A DNA stretch of 64,000 nucleotides from Escherichia coli (GCF_003334355.1 NZ_QOWP01000007.1); one strand, 5' to 3'; numbered from the stretch's first letter, positions 10,747 to 22,362 are shown. The notes: a model not told the origin generated them from the letters alone. Numbers and translations are program-made.

Positions 10747-11961
10747 ATGAAAAATCCCTATTACCCTACCGCACTTGGGTTGTATTTTAATTACCTGGTG
10801 CATGGTATGGGCGTCATTTTGATGAGCCTGAATATGGCCTCGCTGGAGACACTTTGGCAGACTAATGCCACGGGTGTCTCGATAGTTATCTCATCGCTGG
10901 GCATTGGTCGATTAAGTGTCTTGCTTTTTGCAGGATTATTATCCGATCGCTTTGGTCGCCGCCCTTTTATCATGCTCGGGATGTGCTGCTATATGGCCTT
11001 CTTTTTTGGCATCCTGCAGACCAATAACATCATTATCGCTTATGTTTTTGGCTTTCTGGCGGGAATGGCAAACAGTTTTCTCGATGCAGGCACTTATCCC
11101 AGTTTGATGGAAGCTTTTCCACGCTCACCTGGGACAGCCAATATTTTAATTAAAGCATTTGTTTCCAGCGGACAATTTTTATTACCGCTAATCATTAGCC
11201 TGTTAGTGTGGGCTGAACTGTGGTTCGGTTGGTCCTTTATGATTGCTGCAGGCATTATGTTTATTAACGCTCTGTTTTTATACCGTTGTACGTTCCCACC
11301 CCATCCGGGTCGTCGCTTACCTGTCATAAAGAAAACCACCAGCTCTACGGAACATCGCTGTTCAATTATCGATTTAGCCAGTTATACCTTATATGGCTAT
11401 ATCTCAATGGCAACGTTTTATCTGGTTAGCCAGTGGCTGGCACAGTACGGACAATTTGTTGCAGGCATGTCATACACTATGTCGATCAAACTACTCAGTA
11501 TCTACACCGTGGGTTCGCTGCTTTGTGTATTTATTACCGCTCCACTCATTCGTAATACCGTTCGCCCAACAACATTACTGATGCTGTACACCTTTATCTC
11601 ATTTATTGCTCTGTTTACCGTCTGCCTGCATCCCACATTTTATGTGGTGATAATATTTGCTTTTGTCATTGGTTTTACCTCTGCTGGAGGTGTTGTGCAA
11701 ATTGGCCTGACGTTAATGGCTGAACGTTTCCCTTACGCTAAAGGTAAAGCTACAGGGATCTATTACAGTGCGGGCAGTATTGCGACCTTTACTATTCCGT
11801 TGATTACGGCTCATCTGTCCCAAAGAAGTATTGCCGATATTATGTGGTTCGATACCGCCATCGCTGCCATCGGTTTTTTACTGGCACTGTTTATCGGCTT
11901 ACGCAGCCGCAAAAAAACGCGGCATCACTCGCTAAAGGAAAATGTCGCTCCGGGTGGGTAA
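10747..11961 (+). CDS. ydiM: MFS transporter YdiM
   Basis: 404-aa polytopic membrane ORF. Confidence 0.9.
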   Translation: MKNPYYPTALGLYFNYLVHGMGVILMSLNMASLETLWQTNATGVSIVISSLGIGRLSVLLFAGLLSDRFGRRPFIMLGMCCYMAFFFGILQTNNIIIAYVFGFLAGMANSFLDAGTYPSLMEAFPRSPGTANILIKAFVSSGQFLLPLIISLLVWAELWFGWSFMIAAGIMFINALFLYRCTFPPHPGRRLPVIKKTTSSTEHRCSIIDLASYTLYGYISMATFYLVSQWLAQYGQFVAGMSYTMSIKLLSIYTVGSLLCVFITAPLIRNTVRPTTLLMLYTFISFIALFTVCLHPTFYVVIIFAFVIGFTSAGGVVQIGLTLMAERFPYAKGKATGIYYSAGSIATFTIPLITAHLSQRSIADIMWFDTAIAAIGFLLALFIGLRSRKKTRHHSLKENVAPGG

Positions 11962-12187
11962 TGCAATATTCTTTTCAGGTCATGCAAGATCTTACGGATA
12001 AATAACTCTTTCTGCGCTAACTAAGGAAAATCGAGATCAAAAACAAACTATGACATGCAATATTCCTGGAAACATAAACTTTATGCCATGTACCCAGGGA
12101 AAATCATCTTCAGTATAGTAATTATGTAAACCGTCGGAGAACAATACGTACGGTAACGAAATTATCTTTCAGCAAGGAGCTGTGAAA

Positions 12188-13453
12188 ATGTCTCAAAATA
12201 AGGCTTTCAGCACGCCATTTATCCTGGCTGTTCTTTGTATTTACTTCAGCTACTTCCTGCACGGCATTAGTGTTATTACGCTTGCCCAAAATATGTCATC
12301 TCTGGCGGAAAAGTTTTCCACTGACAACGCGGGCATTGCCTACTTAATTTCCGGTATCGGTTTGGGGCGATTGATCAGTATTTTATTCTTCGGTGTGATC
12401 TCCGATAAGTTTGGTCGTCGGGCGGTGATATTAATGGCAGTAATAATGTATCTGCTATTCTTCTTTGGTATTCCCGCTTGCCCGAATTTAACTCTCGCCT
12501 ACGGTCTGGCAGTGTGCGTAGGTATCGCTAACTCAGCGCTGGATACGGGTGGCTACCCCGCGCTCATGGAATGCTTTCCGAAAGCCTCTGGTTCGGCGGT
12601 CATACTGGTTAAAGCGATGGTGTCATTTGGGCAAATGTTCTACCCAATGCTGGTGAGCTATATGTTGCTCAATAATATCTGGTACGGCTATGGGCTGATT
12701 ATTCCGGGTATTCTATTTGTACTGATCACGCTGATGCTGTTGAAAAGCAAATTCCCCAGCCAGTTGGTGGACGCCAGCGTAACTAATGAATTACCGCAAA
12801 TGAACAGCAAACCGTTAGTCTGGCTGGAAGGTGTTTCATCGGTACTGTTCGGTGTAGCCGCATTCTCGACCTTTTATGTGATTGTGGTGTGGATGCCCAA
12901 ATATGCGATGGCTTTTGCTGGTATGTCAGAAGCTGAGGCATTAAAAACCATCTCTTATTACAGTATGGGCTCGTTGGTCTGTGTCTTTATTTTTGCCGCA
13001 CTACTGAAAAAAATGGTCCGGCCCATCTGGGCTAATGTATTTAACTCTGCACTGGCAACAATAACAGCAGCCATTATCTACCTGTACCCTTCTCCACTGG
13101 TGTGTAATGCCGGCGCCTTTGTTATCGGTTTCTCAGCAGCTGGCGGCATTTTACAGCTCGGTGTTTCGGTCATGTCAGAGTTTTTCCCAAAAAGCAAAGC
13201 CAAAGTCACCAGTATTTATATGATGATGGGTGGACTGGCTAACTTTGTTATTCCGCTGATTACCGGTTATCTGTCGAACATCGGCCTGCAATATATCATT
13301 GTTCTCGATTTTACTTTCGCGCTGCTGGCCCTGATTACCGCAATTATTGTTTTTATCCGCTATTACCGCGTTTTTATTATTCCTGAGAATGATGTGCGGT
13401 TTGGCGAGCGCAAATTTAGCACCCGGTTAAACACAATTAAGCATAGAGGTTAA
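12188..13453 (+). CDS. ydiN: MFS transporter YdiN
   Basis: 421 aa from [11 protein letters not shown]...; paralogous to ydiM. Confidence 0.9.
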
Positions 13454-13464
13454 AGGAGTTAATT

Positions 13465-14331
13465 ATGGATGTTACCGCAAAATACGAATTGATTGGGTTG
13501 ATGGCTTATCCTATCCGCCACAGTTTATCGCCTGAAATGCAGAATAAAGCCTTAGAAAAAGCGGGATTGCCATTTACCTATATGGCCTTCGAAGTGGATA
13601 ACGATAGCTTTCCCGGAGCAATTGAAGGATTAAAAGCTCTAAAAATGCGCGGAACTGGTGTATCAATGCCGAACAAACAACTGGCGTGTGAATATGTTGA
13701 TGAATTAACGCCAGCAGCCAAACTGGTGGGTGCCATCAACACCATCGTTAATGATGATGGCTACCTGCGCGGCTATAACACCGACGGCACGGGCCATATT
13801 CGAGCCATTAAAGAGAGCGGTTTTGATATCAAAGGCAAAACAATGGTGCTGTTAGGGGCCGGAGGTGCCTCAACGGCGATTGGCGCGCAGGGGGCAATTG
13901 AAGGTTTAAAAGAAATTAAACTCTTTAACCGTCGGGATGAGTTCTTCGATAAAGCCCTCGCCTTCGCGCAGCGGGTTAACGAAAACACCGATTGTGTCGT
14001 CACGGTTACCGATCTCGCCGATCAGCAAGCCTTTGCTGAAGCCCTGGCTTCCGCCGACATTTTAACCAATGGCACAAAAGTGGGTATGAAACCCCTTGAG
14101 AATGAATCATTGGTTAATGATATCAGTCTGTTACATCCGGGACTGCTGGTCACTGAATGCGTGTATAACCCGCATATGACGAAGTTATTGCAGCAGGCGC
14201 AACAAGCTGGTTGCAAAACGATTGATGGATACGGCATGTTGTTGTGGCAAGGGGCTGAACAGTTCACGTTATGGACTGGCAAAGATTTCCCTCTGGAATA
14301 TGTTAAACAGGTCATGGGGTTCGGTGCCTGA
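13465..14331 (+). CDS. ydiB: Quinate/shikimate dehydrogenase
   Basis: 288-aa ORF with Rossmann GAGGA motif. Confidence 0.95.
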
Positions 14332-14361
14332 CAGGCTGACCGCGTGCAGAAAGGGTAAAAA

Positions 14362-15120
14362 ATGAAAACCGTAACTGTAAAAGATCTCGTCATTGGTGCG
14401 GGCGCACCTAAAATCATCGTCTCGCTGATGGCGAAAGATATCGCCCGCGTGAAATCCGAAGCTCTCGCCTATCGTGAAGCGGACTTTGATATTCTGGAAT
14501 GGCGTGTGGACCACTTTGCCGACCTCTCCAATGTGGAGTCTGTCATGGCGGCGGCAAAAATTCTCCGTGAAACCATGCCAGAAAAACCGCTGCTGTTTAC
14601 CTTCCGCAGTGCCAAAGAAGGCGGCGAGCAGGCGATTTCCACCGAGGCTTATATTGCTCTCAATCGTGCAGCCATCGACAGCGGCCTGGTTGATATGATC
14701 GATCTGGAGTTATTTACCGGCGATGATCAGGTTAAAGAAACCGTCGCCTACGCCCACGCGCATGATGTGAAAGTTGTCATGTCCAACCATGACTTCCATA
14801 AAACGCCGGAAGCCGAAGAAATCATTGCCCGTCTGCGCAAAATGCAATCCTTCGACGCCGATATTCCTAAGATTGCGCTGATGCCGCAAAGTACCAGCGA
14901 TGTGCTGACGTTGCTTGCCGCGACCCTGGAGATGCAGGAGCAGTATGCCGATCGTCCAATCATCACGATGTCGATGGCAAAAACTGGCGTAATTTCTCGT
15001 CTGGCTGGTGAAGTATTTGGGTCGGCGGCAACTTTTGGTGCGGTAAAAAAAGCCTCTGCGCCAGGGCAAATCTCGGTAACTGATTTACGCACAGTATTAA
15101 CTATTTTACATCAGGCATAA
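14362..15120 (+). CDS. aroD: 3-dehydroquinate dehydratase type I
   Basis: 252-aa ORF. Confidence 0.95.
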   Translation: MKTVTVKDLVIGAGAPKIIVSLMAKDIARVKSEALAYREADFDILEWRVDHFADLSNVESVMAAAKILRETMPEKPLLFTFRSAKEGGEQAISTEAYIALNRAAIDSGLVDMIDLELFTGDDQVKETVAYAHAHDVKVVMSNHDFHKTPEAEEIIARLRKMQSFDADIPKIALMPQSTSDVLTLLAATLEMQEQYADRPIITMSMAKTGVISRLAGEVFGSAATFGAVKKASAPGQISVTDLRTVLTILHQA

Positions 15121-15264
15121 GCAATAATATTTCGGCGGGAATATCCTCCCCCGCCGAACTAAAAAAATATATTCAACCGTATTTAATAAAAATATTTCGT
15201 GAGTCTCTGTGCGCTAATTATCCATCTGGCGTAGGGAAAATCACACCTGAATCAGGAATTAACA

Positions 15265-16860
15265 ATGAAACCTGTAAAACCACCTCGTATTAATGGACGA
15301 GTGCCGGTCCTGTCGGCACAGGAAGCGGTGAATTATATTCCCGACGAAGCAACACTTTGTGTGTTAGGCGCTGGCGGCGGTATTCTGGAAGCCACCACGT
15401 TAATTACTGCTCTTGCTGATAAATATAAACAGACTCAAACGCCACGTAATTTATCGATTATTAGTCCAACAGGGCTTGGCGATCGCGCCGACCGCGGTAT
15501 TAGTCCGCTGGCGCAAGAAGGTCTGCTGAAATGGGCATTATGCGGTCACTGGGGACAATCGCCGCGTATTTCTGATCTCGCAGAACAAAATAAAATTATT
15601 GCTTATAACTATCCACAAGGTGTACTTACACAAACCTTACGCGCCGCCGCAGCCCACCAGCCTGGTATTATTAGTGATATTGGCATCGGGACATTTGTCG
15701 ATCCACGCCAGCAAGGCGGCAAACTGAATGAAGTCACTAAAGAAGACCTGATTAAACTGGTCGAGTTTGATAACAAAGAATATCTCTATTACAAAGCGAT
15801 TGCGCCAGATATCGCCTTCATTCGCGCTACCACCTGCGACAGCGAAGGCTACGCCACTTTTGAAGATGAGGTGATGTATCTCGACGCATTGGTTATTGCC
15901 CAGGCGGTGCACAATAACGGCGGTATTGTGATGATGCAGGTGCAGAAAATGGTTAAGAAAGCCACGCTGCATCCTAAATCTGTCCGTATTCCGGGTTATC
16001 TGGTGGATATTGTGGTGGTCGATCCGGATCAAACCCAACTGTATGGCGGTGCACCGGTTAACCGCTTTATTTCTGGTGACTTCACCCTTGATGACAGTAC
16101 CAAACTTAGCCTGCCCCTAAACCAACGTAAATTAGTTGCGCGGCGCGCATTATTCGAAATGCGTAAAGGCGCGGTGGGGAATGTCGGCGTCGGTATTGCT
16201 GACGGCATTGGCCTGGTCGCCCGAGAAGAAGGTTGTGCTGATGACTTTATTCTGACGGTAGAAACAGGTCCGATTGGCGGAATTACTTCACAGGGGATCG
16301 CCTTTGGCGCGAACGTGAATACCCGTGCCATTCTGGATATGACGTCCCAGTTTGATTTTTATCACGGTGGCGGTCTGGATGTTTGTTATTTGAGTTTTGC
16401 TGAAGTCGACCAGCACGGTAACGTCGGCGTGCATAAATTCAATGGTAAAATCATGGGCACCGGTGGATTTATTGATATCAGTGCCACTTCGAAGAAAATC
16501 ATTTTCTGCGGCACATTAACTGCGGGCAGTTTAAAAACAGAAATTACCGACGGCAAATTAAATATCGTCCAGGAAGGACGGGTGAAGAAATTTATTCGGG
16601 AACTACCGGAAATTACTTTCAGCGGAAAAATCGCTCTCGAGCGAGGGCTGGATGTTCGTTATATCACTGAGCGCGCAGTATTCACGCTGAAAGAAGACGG
16701 CCTGCATTTAATCGAAATCGCCCCTGGCGTCGATTTACAAAAAGATATTCTCGACAAAATGGATTTCACCCCAGTGATTTCGCCAGAACTCAAACTGATG
16801 GACGAAAGATTATTTATCGATGCGGCGATGGGTTTTGTCCTGCCTGAAGCGGCTCATTAA
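15265..16860 (+). CDS. ydiF: Acetate CoA-transferase YdiF (fused alpha/beta)
   Basis: 531-aa ORF. Confidence 0.9.
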   Translation: MKPVKPPRINGRVPVLSAQEAVNYIPDEATLCVLGAGGGILEATTLITALADKYKQTQTPRNLSIISPTGLGDRADRGISPLAQEGLLKWALCGHWGQSPRISDLAEQNKIIAYNYPQGVLTQTLRAAAAHQPGIISDIGIGTFVDPRQQGGKLNEVTKEDLIKLVEFDNKEYLYYKAIAPDIAFIRATTCDSEGYATFEDEVMYLDALVIAQAVHNNGGIVMMQVQKMVKKATLHPKSVRIPGYLVDIVVVDPDQTQLYGGAPVNRFISGDFTLDDSTKLSLPLNQRKLVARRALFEMRKGAVGNVGVGIADGIGLVAREEGCADDFILTVETGPIGGITSQGIAFGANVNTRAILDMTSQFDFYHGGGLDVCYLSFAEVDQHGNVGVHKFNGKIMGTGGFIDISATSKKIIFCGTLTAGSLKTEITDGKLNIVQEGRVKKFIRELPEITFSGKIALERGLDVRYITERAVFTLKEDGLHLIEIAPGVDLQKDILDKMDFTPVISPELKLMDERLFIDAAMGFVLPEAAH

Positions 16861-16873
16861 CAGGAGTATAATG

Positions 16874-18025
16874 ATGGATTTTTCTTTAACTGAAGAACAA
16901 GAACTGCTGCTGGCCAGTATTCGCGAACTGATTACGACTAACTTTCCGGAAGAGTATTTCCGCACCTGCGATCAAAACGGGACATATCCGCGTGAGTTTA
17001 TGCGGGCGCTGGCGGATAACGGTATTTCCATGCTTGGCGTGCCGGAAGAATTTGGTGGTATCCCTGCGGATTACGTCACCCAAATGCTGGCGCTGATGGA
17101 AGTGTCAAAATGCGGTGCTCCGGCATTTTTAATTACCAACGGTCAATGTATTCACAGTATGCGCCGTTTCGGTTCTGCAGAGCAGCTACGTAAAACGGCA
17201 GAAAGCACCCTGGAAACCGGCGACCCCGCCTATGCCCTGGCGTTGACGGAACCAGGTGCTGGCTCAGATAACAACAGTGCCACCACCACTTACACGCGTA
17301 AAAACGGCAAGGTTTACATCAACGGACAGAAAACCTTTATTACCGGTGCGAAAGAGTACCCGTATATGCTGGTGTTGGCGCGCGATCCGCAACCGAAAGA
17401 TCCCAAAAAAGCCTTCACCCTGTGGTGGGTCGACTCCAGTAAGCCCGGCATTAAGATTAACCCGCTGCATAAAATCGGCTGACATATGCTCAGCACCTGC
17501 GAAGTCTATCTCGACAACGTGGAAGTTGAAGAGAGCGACATGGTGGGCGAAGAAGGAATGGGTTTCCTCAATGTGATGTACAACTTTGAGATGGAGCGCC
17601 TGATCAACGCCGCGCGCAGCACCGGCTTTGCCGAATGCGCCTTTGAAGATGCCGCCCGCTATGCCAACCAACGTATCGCTTTTGGTAAGCCCATTGGTCA
17701 TAACCAGATGATCCAGGAAAAACTGGCGCTGATGGCGATTAAGATTGACAACATGCGCAACATGGTGCTGAAAGTGGCATGGCAAGCCGATCAGCATCAG
17801 TCACTGCGCACCAGCGCGGCGCTGGCAAAACTGTATTGCGCACGTACCGCAATGGAAGTCATTGATGATGCGATTCAAATCATGGGCGGTCTGGGCTATA
17901 CCGATGAAGCGCGCGTCTCCCGCTTCTGGCGTGATGTCCGTTGTGAACGTATCGGCGGCGGTACAGACGAAATTATGATTTACGTAGCAGGTCGGCAGAT
18001 CCTGAAAGACTATCAGAACAAATAA
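16874..18025 (+). pseudogene. ydiO: Acyl-CoA dehydrogenase YdiO, interrupted by an in-frame TGA at 17483-17485 (codon 204 of 383)
   Basis: Two same-frame ORFs (to 17482; from 17486) that together give exactly 383 codons; acyl-CoA dehydrogenase motifs on both sides of the stop. Confidence 0.8.
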
Positions 18026-18029
18026 TCTG

Positions 18030-18065
18030 CAGGCGGCGCAGCTTCTTAACAAACTGCGCCGCCAG
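18030..18065. terminator. Bidirectional hairpin between convergent ydiO and ydiP
   Basis: GGCGGCGCAG...CTGCGCCGCC inverted repeat with T-rich flank. Confidence 0.5.
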
Positions 18066-18067
18066 AT

Positions 18068-18979
18068 TTATCCAACAAGACTTACCGGTTGAGGAAATTC
18101 AGATAGGATTTCTTGTTCCGCAAAACAGTTTTTAAATTGCCTGCGGTAATCGCTGGGTGAACAGCCGACATGGCGCAAAAACAGTTTGCCAAAGTGATCG
18201 ACATTTTCATAACCCACACGCCAGGAGATCTCTGCCTGTGATAATTCAGTATTAGTGAGTAACCATTTCGCTTCCGTCATACGCCGTTGAATAACATAGT
18301 TAATTGGGGAAATACGATACTCTTTGGTAAATTCATGGCAAATATAACTGACGCTGGCACGAAATTTTTTCGATAACTGTTCTAAAGTGATTTTTTCGCG
18401 ATAATTATTATTCAGATAGAAAAGAATATCTTTTATCAGAACATCTTTTTTAATATACCCCTACTCCGAACGATAAGCATTTTTAAAGTTTTCGTAGTAA
18501 AGAATTGCTAATGTATAGGCAAATGCATCCCATAACGAAGATGTTTGGCTATTTTTACTTTGCGGCAAAATCACACTTAGCTCATTAAATAAGGTTTTAA
18601 TGACTTCTTTTCCCTGCCCCGCGGCAATTACCGGACAAGAATGCGGTTGCAGTAGATGATTTTCCTCAGCCCCCTGAAACTGAAAGCCGTACAGCGCACA
18701 GGTACACGTCGTTGCCGGATCGTTAACGTCAGAGGCCACCGCATGCAGCCTGCCGCGTTCTATCACCACTATATCATCTGCATGCGCGACATATAACGAA
18801 GAATCGATGGTAAACCTTGCCACCCCTTTCTTGACGTAAATCAGCTCGGTTTCATTGTCATGAACGTGATGTCCAGACTCCCATTTTGGATCATCGCTAA
18901 ATGCAAAACGTGAAAGCCGTGGCGTTTTACCAGCGACAAACAGCGTTTCACTGGCATTATCAAAACAGCGTTGATACAT
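18068..18979 (-). pseudogene. ydiP: AraC-family regulator YdiP, interrupted by an in-frame TAG at 18461-18463 (codon 173 of 303)
   Basis: N-terminal cupin part (172 aa) and C-terminal HTH part are in the same frame; hand translation of 18281-18460 is open and AraC-like, so a single stop is the only lesion. Confidence 0.75.
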
Positions 18980-19294
18980 GACAACCTCCCTATTCCATGA
19001 GCAAGCAAAAACAATATATGCCGGATAAAATACGGCGTGTATTGCGGTTATACAACCGCGTTTAGCGAGAGCTAAACAAGATTATTTACACTGAATGCAA
19101 GATTGTACGGTCATGGAATAACTATATTGCCGCAAATTGCACTTTTGTTTTAGCGATCGCATTTTTTTTGCAAGATTGTTGGCAAGGAAAACAGCTTGCT
19201 CCGTCGAAAACCCCGCACCGCTATCGCACACTATTTTCAGGCCATTTTTACCTTCCATCGGAGATGGTTCCGTATGCGACTCACAGGAGAAATC

Positions 19295-20059
19295 ATGAAA
19301 ATAATAACCTGCTTTAAGCTGGTGCCTGAAGAACAGGACATTGTTGTCACTCCAGAATACACCCTGAATTTCGACAATGCCGACGCCAAAATCAGCCAGT
19401 TCGATCTCAATGCCATTGAAGCTGCAAGCCAGCTTGCAACAGATGACGATGAGATAGCCGCGCTGACCGTTGGCGGCTCATTGTTGCAGAACTCGAAAGT
19501 GCGCAAAGACGTGCTATCCCGCGGGCCGCACAGCCTGTATATGGTGCAGGATGCACAACTTGAGCATGCACTGCCTCTCGATACCGCAAAAGCGCTGGCG
19601 GCAGCAGTTGAAAAGATCGGCTTCGATTTACTGATCTTTGGTGAAGGTTCCGGCGACCTTTATGCCCAGCAGGTTGGCTTGCTGGTCGGAGAAATTCTGC
19701 AACTTCCGGTGATTAATGCAGTGAGTGCTATTCAGCGTCAGGGCAATACACTGGTGATTGAACGCACGCTTGAAGATGACGTTGAAGTTATTGAACTCTC
19801 TGTTCCAGCCGTGCTCTGCGTCACCTCCGATATTAACGTGCCACGCATTCCTTCGATGAAAGCCATTCTCGGCGCGGGTAAAAAACCGGTAAATCAGTGG
19901 CAGGCAAGTGATATTGGCTGGAGCCAGAGCGCACCACTTGCTGAACTGACCGGCATTCGCGTACCGCCGCAAACAGAACGTAAGCACATCATTCTCGATA
20001 ACGATTCGCCGGAGGCCATTGCCGAGCTGGCGGAACATCTGAAGAAAGCCCTGAACTGA
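19295..20059 (+). CDS. ydiQ: Electron transfer flavoprotein beta-like subunit YdiQ
   Basis: 254 aa from MKIITCFKLVPEEQD... Confidence 0.9.
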   Translation: MKIITCFKLVPEEQDIVVTPEYTLNFDNADAKISQFDLNAIEAASQLATDDDEIAALTVGGSLLQNSKVRKDVLSRGPHSLYMVQDAQLEHALPLDTAKALAAAVEKIGFDLLIFGEGSGDLYAQQVGLLVGEILQLPVINAVSAIQRQGNTLVIERTLEDDVEVIELSVPAVLCVTSDINVPRIPSMKAILGAGKKPVNQWQASDIGWSQSAPLAELTGIRVPPQTERKHIILDNDSPEAIAELAEHLKKALN

Positions 20060-20078
20060 AGCCTACGGAGAAGAAACG

Positions 20079-21017
20079 ATGAGTCAATTAAACAGCGTCT
20101 GGGTCTTTAGCGATAATCCTGAACGTTATGCTGAACTGTTTGGCGGCGCTCAGCAATGGGGCCAACAGGTGTATGCCATTGTACAAAATACCGACCAGGC
20201 GCAGGCAGTTATGCCTTATGGTCCAAAATGTATTTATGTTCTTGAGCAAAACGACGCGCTGCAACGCACTGAAAATTACGCCGAAAGCATTGCTGCTCTG
20301 CTGAAAGATAAACACCCCGCTATGTTGCTACTGGCCGCGACGAAACGTGGTAAAGCTCTGGCAGCACGGTTAAGTGTGCAACTGAATGCGGCGCTGGTGA
20401 ACGATGCCGCGGCGGTGGATATTGTCGATGGTCACATTTGCGCCGAACACCGGATGTATGGCGGGTTAGCGTTCGCTCAGGAAAAGATCAACAGCTCGCT
20501 GGCGATCATTACCCTTGCACCCGGTGTTCAGGAACCGTGCGCCAGTGATAACTCTCATCAGTGCCCGACAGAAACGGTACCTTATGTTGCTCCGCGTCAT
20601 GAAATTCTCTGTCGCGAGCGCCGTGCGAAAGCGGCAAGCAGCGTGGACCTGAGCAAAGCAAAACGTGTGGTTGGCGTCGGTCGTGGTCTGGCAGCGCAGG
20701 ATGACCTGAAAATGGTCCACGAACTGGCGGCGGTGCTGAATGCTGAAGTCGGCTGTTCACGTCCAATTGCCGAAGGCGAGAACTGGATGGAGCGTGAACG
20801 TTATATCGGTGTCTCCGGCGTGTTGCTGAAATCCGATCTCTACCTGACGCTGGGGATCTCCGGGCAGATCCAACATATGGTTGGCGGCAACGGCGCAAAA
20901 GTGATTGTCGCCATCAATAAAGATAAAAATGCGCCAATCTTCAACTATGCCGACTACGGTCTGGTGGGCGATATCTACAAAGTCGTCCCTGCCCTGATTA
21001 GCCAGTTGAGCCGCTAA
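20079..21017 (+). CDS. ydiR: Electron transfer flavoprotein alpha-like subunit YdiR
   Basis: 312-aa ORF. Confidence 0.9.
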   Translation: MSQLNSVWVFSDNPERYAELFGGAQQWGQQVYAIVQNTDQAQAVMPYGPKCIYVLEQNDALQRTENYAESIAALLKDKHPAMLLLAATKRGKALAARLSVQLNAALVNDAAAVDIVDGHICAEHRMYGGLAFAQEKINSSLAIITLAPGVQEPCASDNSHQCPTETVPYVAPRHEILCRERRAKAASSVDLSKAKRVVGVGRGLAAQDDLKMVHELAAVLNAEVGCSRPIAEGENWMERERYIGVSGVLLKSDLYLTLGISGQIQHMVGGNGAKVIVAINKDKNAPIFNYADYGLVGDIYKVVPALISQLSR

Positions 21018-21072
21018 TTCCCCTTTCAACCACATCTCCCGCTGTAAACGCAGCGGGAAGGGAGCATAACGC

Positions 21073-22362
21073 ATGTCGGATGACAAATTTGATGCCATTG
21101 TGGTCGGTGCGGGCGTTGCTGGTAGCGTTGCCGCACTGGTCATGGCACGAGCCGGGCTGGATGTCCTGGTGATAGAACGCGGCGACAGTGCCGGATGTAA
21201 AAACATGACCGGCGGGCGCCTTTATGCCCACACACTTGAAGCAATCATTCCAGGCTTTGCAGCATCAGCGCCGGTAGAACGCAAGGTCACACGCGAGAAA
21301 ATCTCCTTCTTAACCGAAGAGAGCGCCGTTACCCTCGATTTTCACCGCGAGCAACCAGATGTTCCGCAACACGCATCTTATACCGTATTGCGTAATCGTC
21401 TGGACCCGTGGTTGATGGAACATGCCGAGCAGGCGGGCGCACAGTTTATCCCGGGAGTTCGCGTCGATGCGCTGGTTCGTGAAGGAAACAAGGTAACTGG
21501 CGTGCAGGCTGGGGATGATATTCTCGAAGCGAATGTGGTGATTCTGGCTGATGGCGTTAACTCGATGCTTGGCCGCTCGCTGGGAATGGTTCCCGCTTCC
21601 GATCCGCATCATTACGCTGTTGGTGTTAAAGAGGTTATTGGCCTCACACCAGAACAGATCAATGATCGCTTTAATATTACGGGCGAGGAAGGTGCCGCCT
21701 GGCTGTTTGCCGGTTCCCCTTCTGACGGCCTGATGGGTGGCGGATTCCTCTATACCAACAACGATTCCGTATCGTTGGGGCTGGTTTGTGGATTGGGTGA
21801 TATCACCCATGCGCAAAAAAGCGTGCCGCAAATGCTGGAAGATTTTAAACAACACCCCGCCATTCGCCCACTAATTAGCGGCGGCAAACTGCTTGAATAT
21901 TCCGCGCATATGGTGCCAGAAGGCGGTCTGGCAATGGTGCCGCAGCTGGTTAACGATGGCGTGATGATCGTTGGTGACGCCGCAGGCTTCTGCCTGAATT
22001 TGGGTTTTACAGTTCGTGGCATGGATTTAGCCATTGCATCGGCTCAGGCTGCCGCCACAACGGTGATCGCCGCCAAAGAACGCGAGGATTTCTCCGCCAG
22101 CAGTCTGGCGCAATACAAACGAGAGCTGGAACAAAGTTGTGTTATGCGCGATATGCAGCATTTTCGCAAGATCCCGGCGCTGATGGAAAACCCGCGCCTG
22201 TTTAGCCAATACCCACGAATGGTAGCCGACATCATGAACGAGATGTTCACCATTGACGGCAAACCAAACCAGCCGGTACGCAAAATGATCATGGGACACG
22301 CGAAGAAAATTGGGCTGATCAACTTGCTGAAAGATGGCATTAAGGGAGCAACCGCGCTATGA
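21073..22362 (+). CDS. ydiS: FAD-dependent oxidoreductase YdiS (FixC-like)
   Basis: 429-aa ORF with N-terminal GxGxxG dinucleotide motif (VVGAGVAGS). Confidence 0.9.
   Translation: MSDDKFDAIVVGAGVAGSVAALVMARAGLDVLVIERGDSAGCKNMTGGRLYAHTLEAIIPGFAASAPVERKVTREKISFLTEESAVTLDFHREQPDVPQHASYTVLRNRLDPWLMEHAEQAGAQFIPGVRVDALVREGNKVTGVQAGDDILEANVVILADGVNSMLGRSLGMVPASDPHHYAVGVKEVIGLTPEQINDRFNITGEEGAAWLFAGSPSDGLMGGGFLYTNNDSVSLGLVCGLGDITHAQKSVPQMLEDFKQHPAIRPLISGGKLLEYSAHMVPEGGLAMVPQLVNDGVMIVGDAAGFCLNLGFTVRGMDLAIASAQAAATTVIAAKEREDFSASSLAQYKRELEQSCVMRDMQHFRKIPALMENPRLFSQYPRMVADIMNEMFTIDGKPNQPVRKMIMGHAKKIGLINLLKDGIKGATAL

Noticed and set aside
15131-15160. Hairpin after aroD followed by an A-run (terminator orientation for the minus strand)
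   Set aside because: No minus-strand gene is upstream of it; likely a REP-like or stabilising hairpin at the aroD 3' end. Not enough evidence for an antisense sRNA.
17483-17540. Possibility that the ydiO TGA encodes selenocysteine
   Set aside because: No SECIS-like stem-loop is apparent immediately 3' of the TGA by eye, and acyl-CoA dehydrogenases are not known selenoproteins; a nonsense mutation or base-call error is more parsimonious.
17264-17797. 177-aa minus-strand ORF overlapping the ydiO stop codon region
   Set aside because: Antisense to ydiO; does not explain the in-frame TGA and has no motif.
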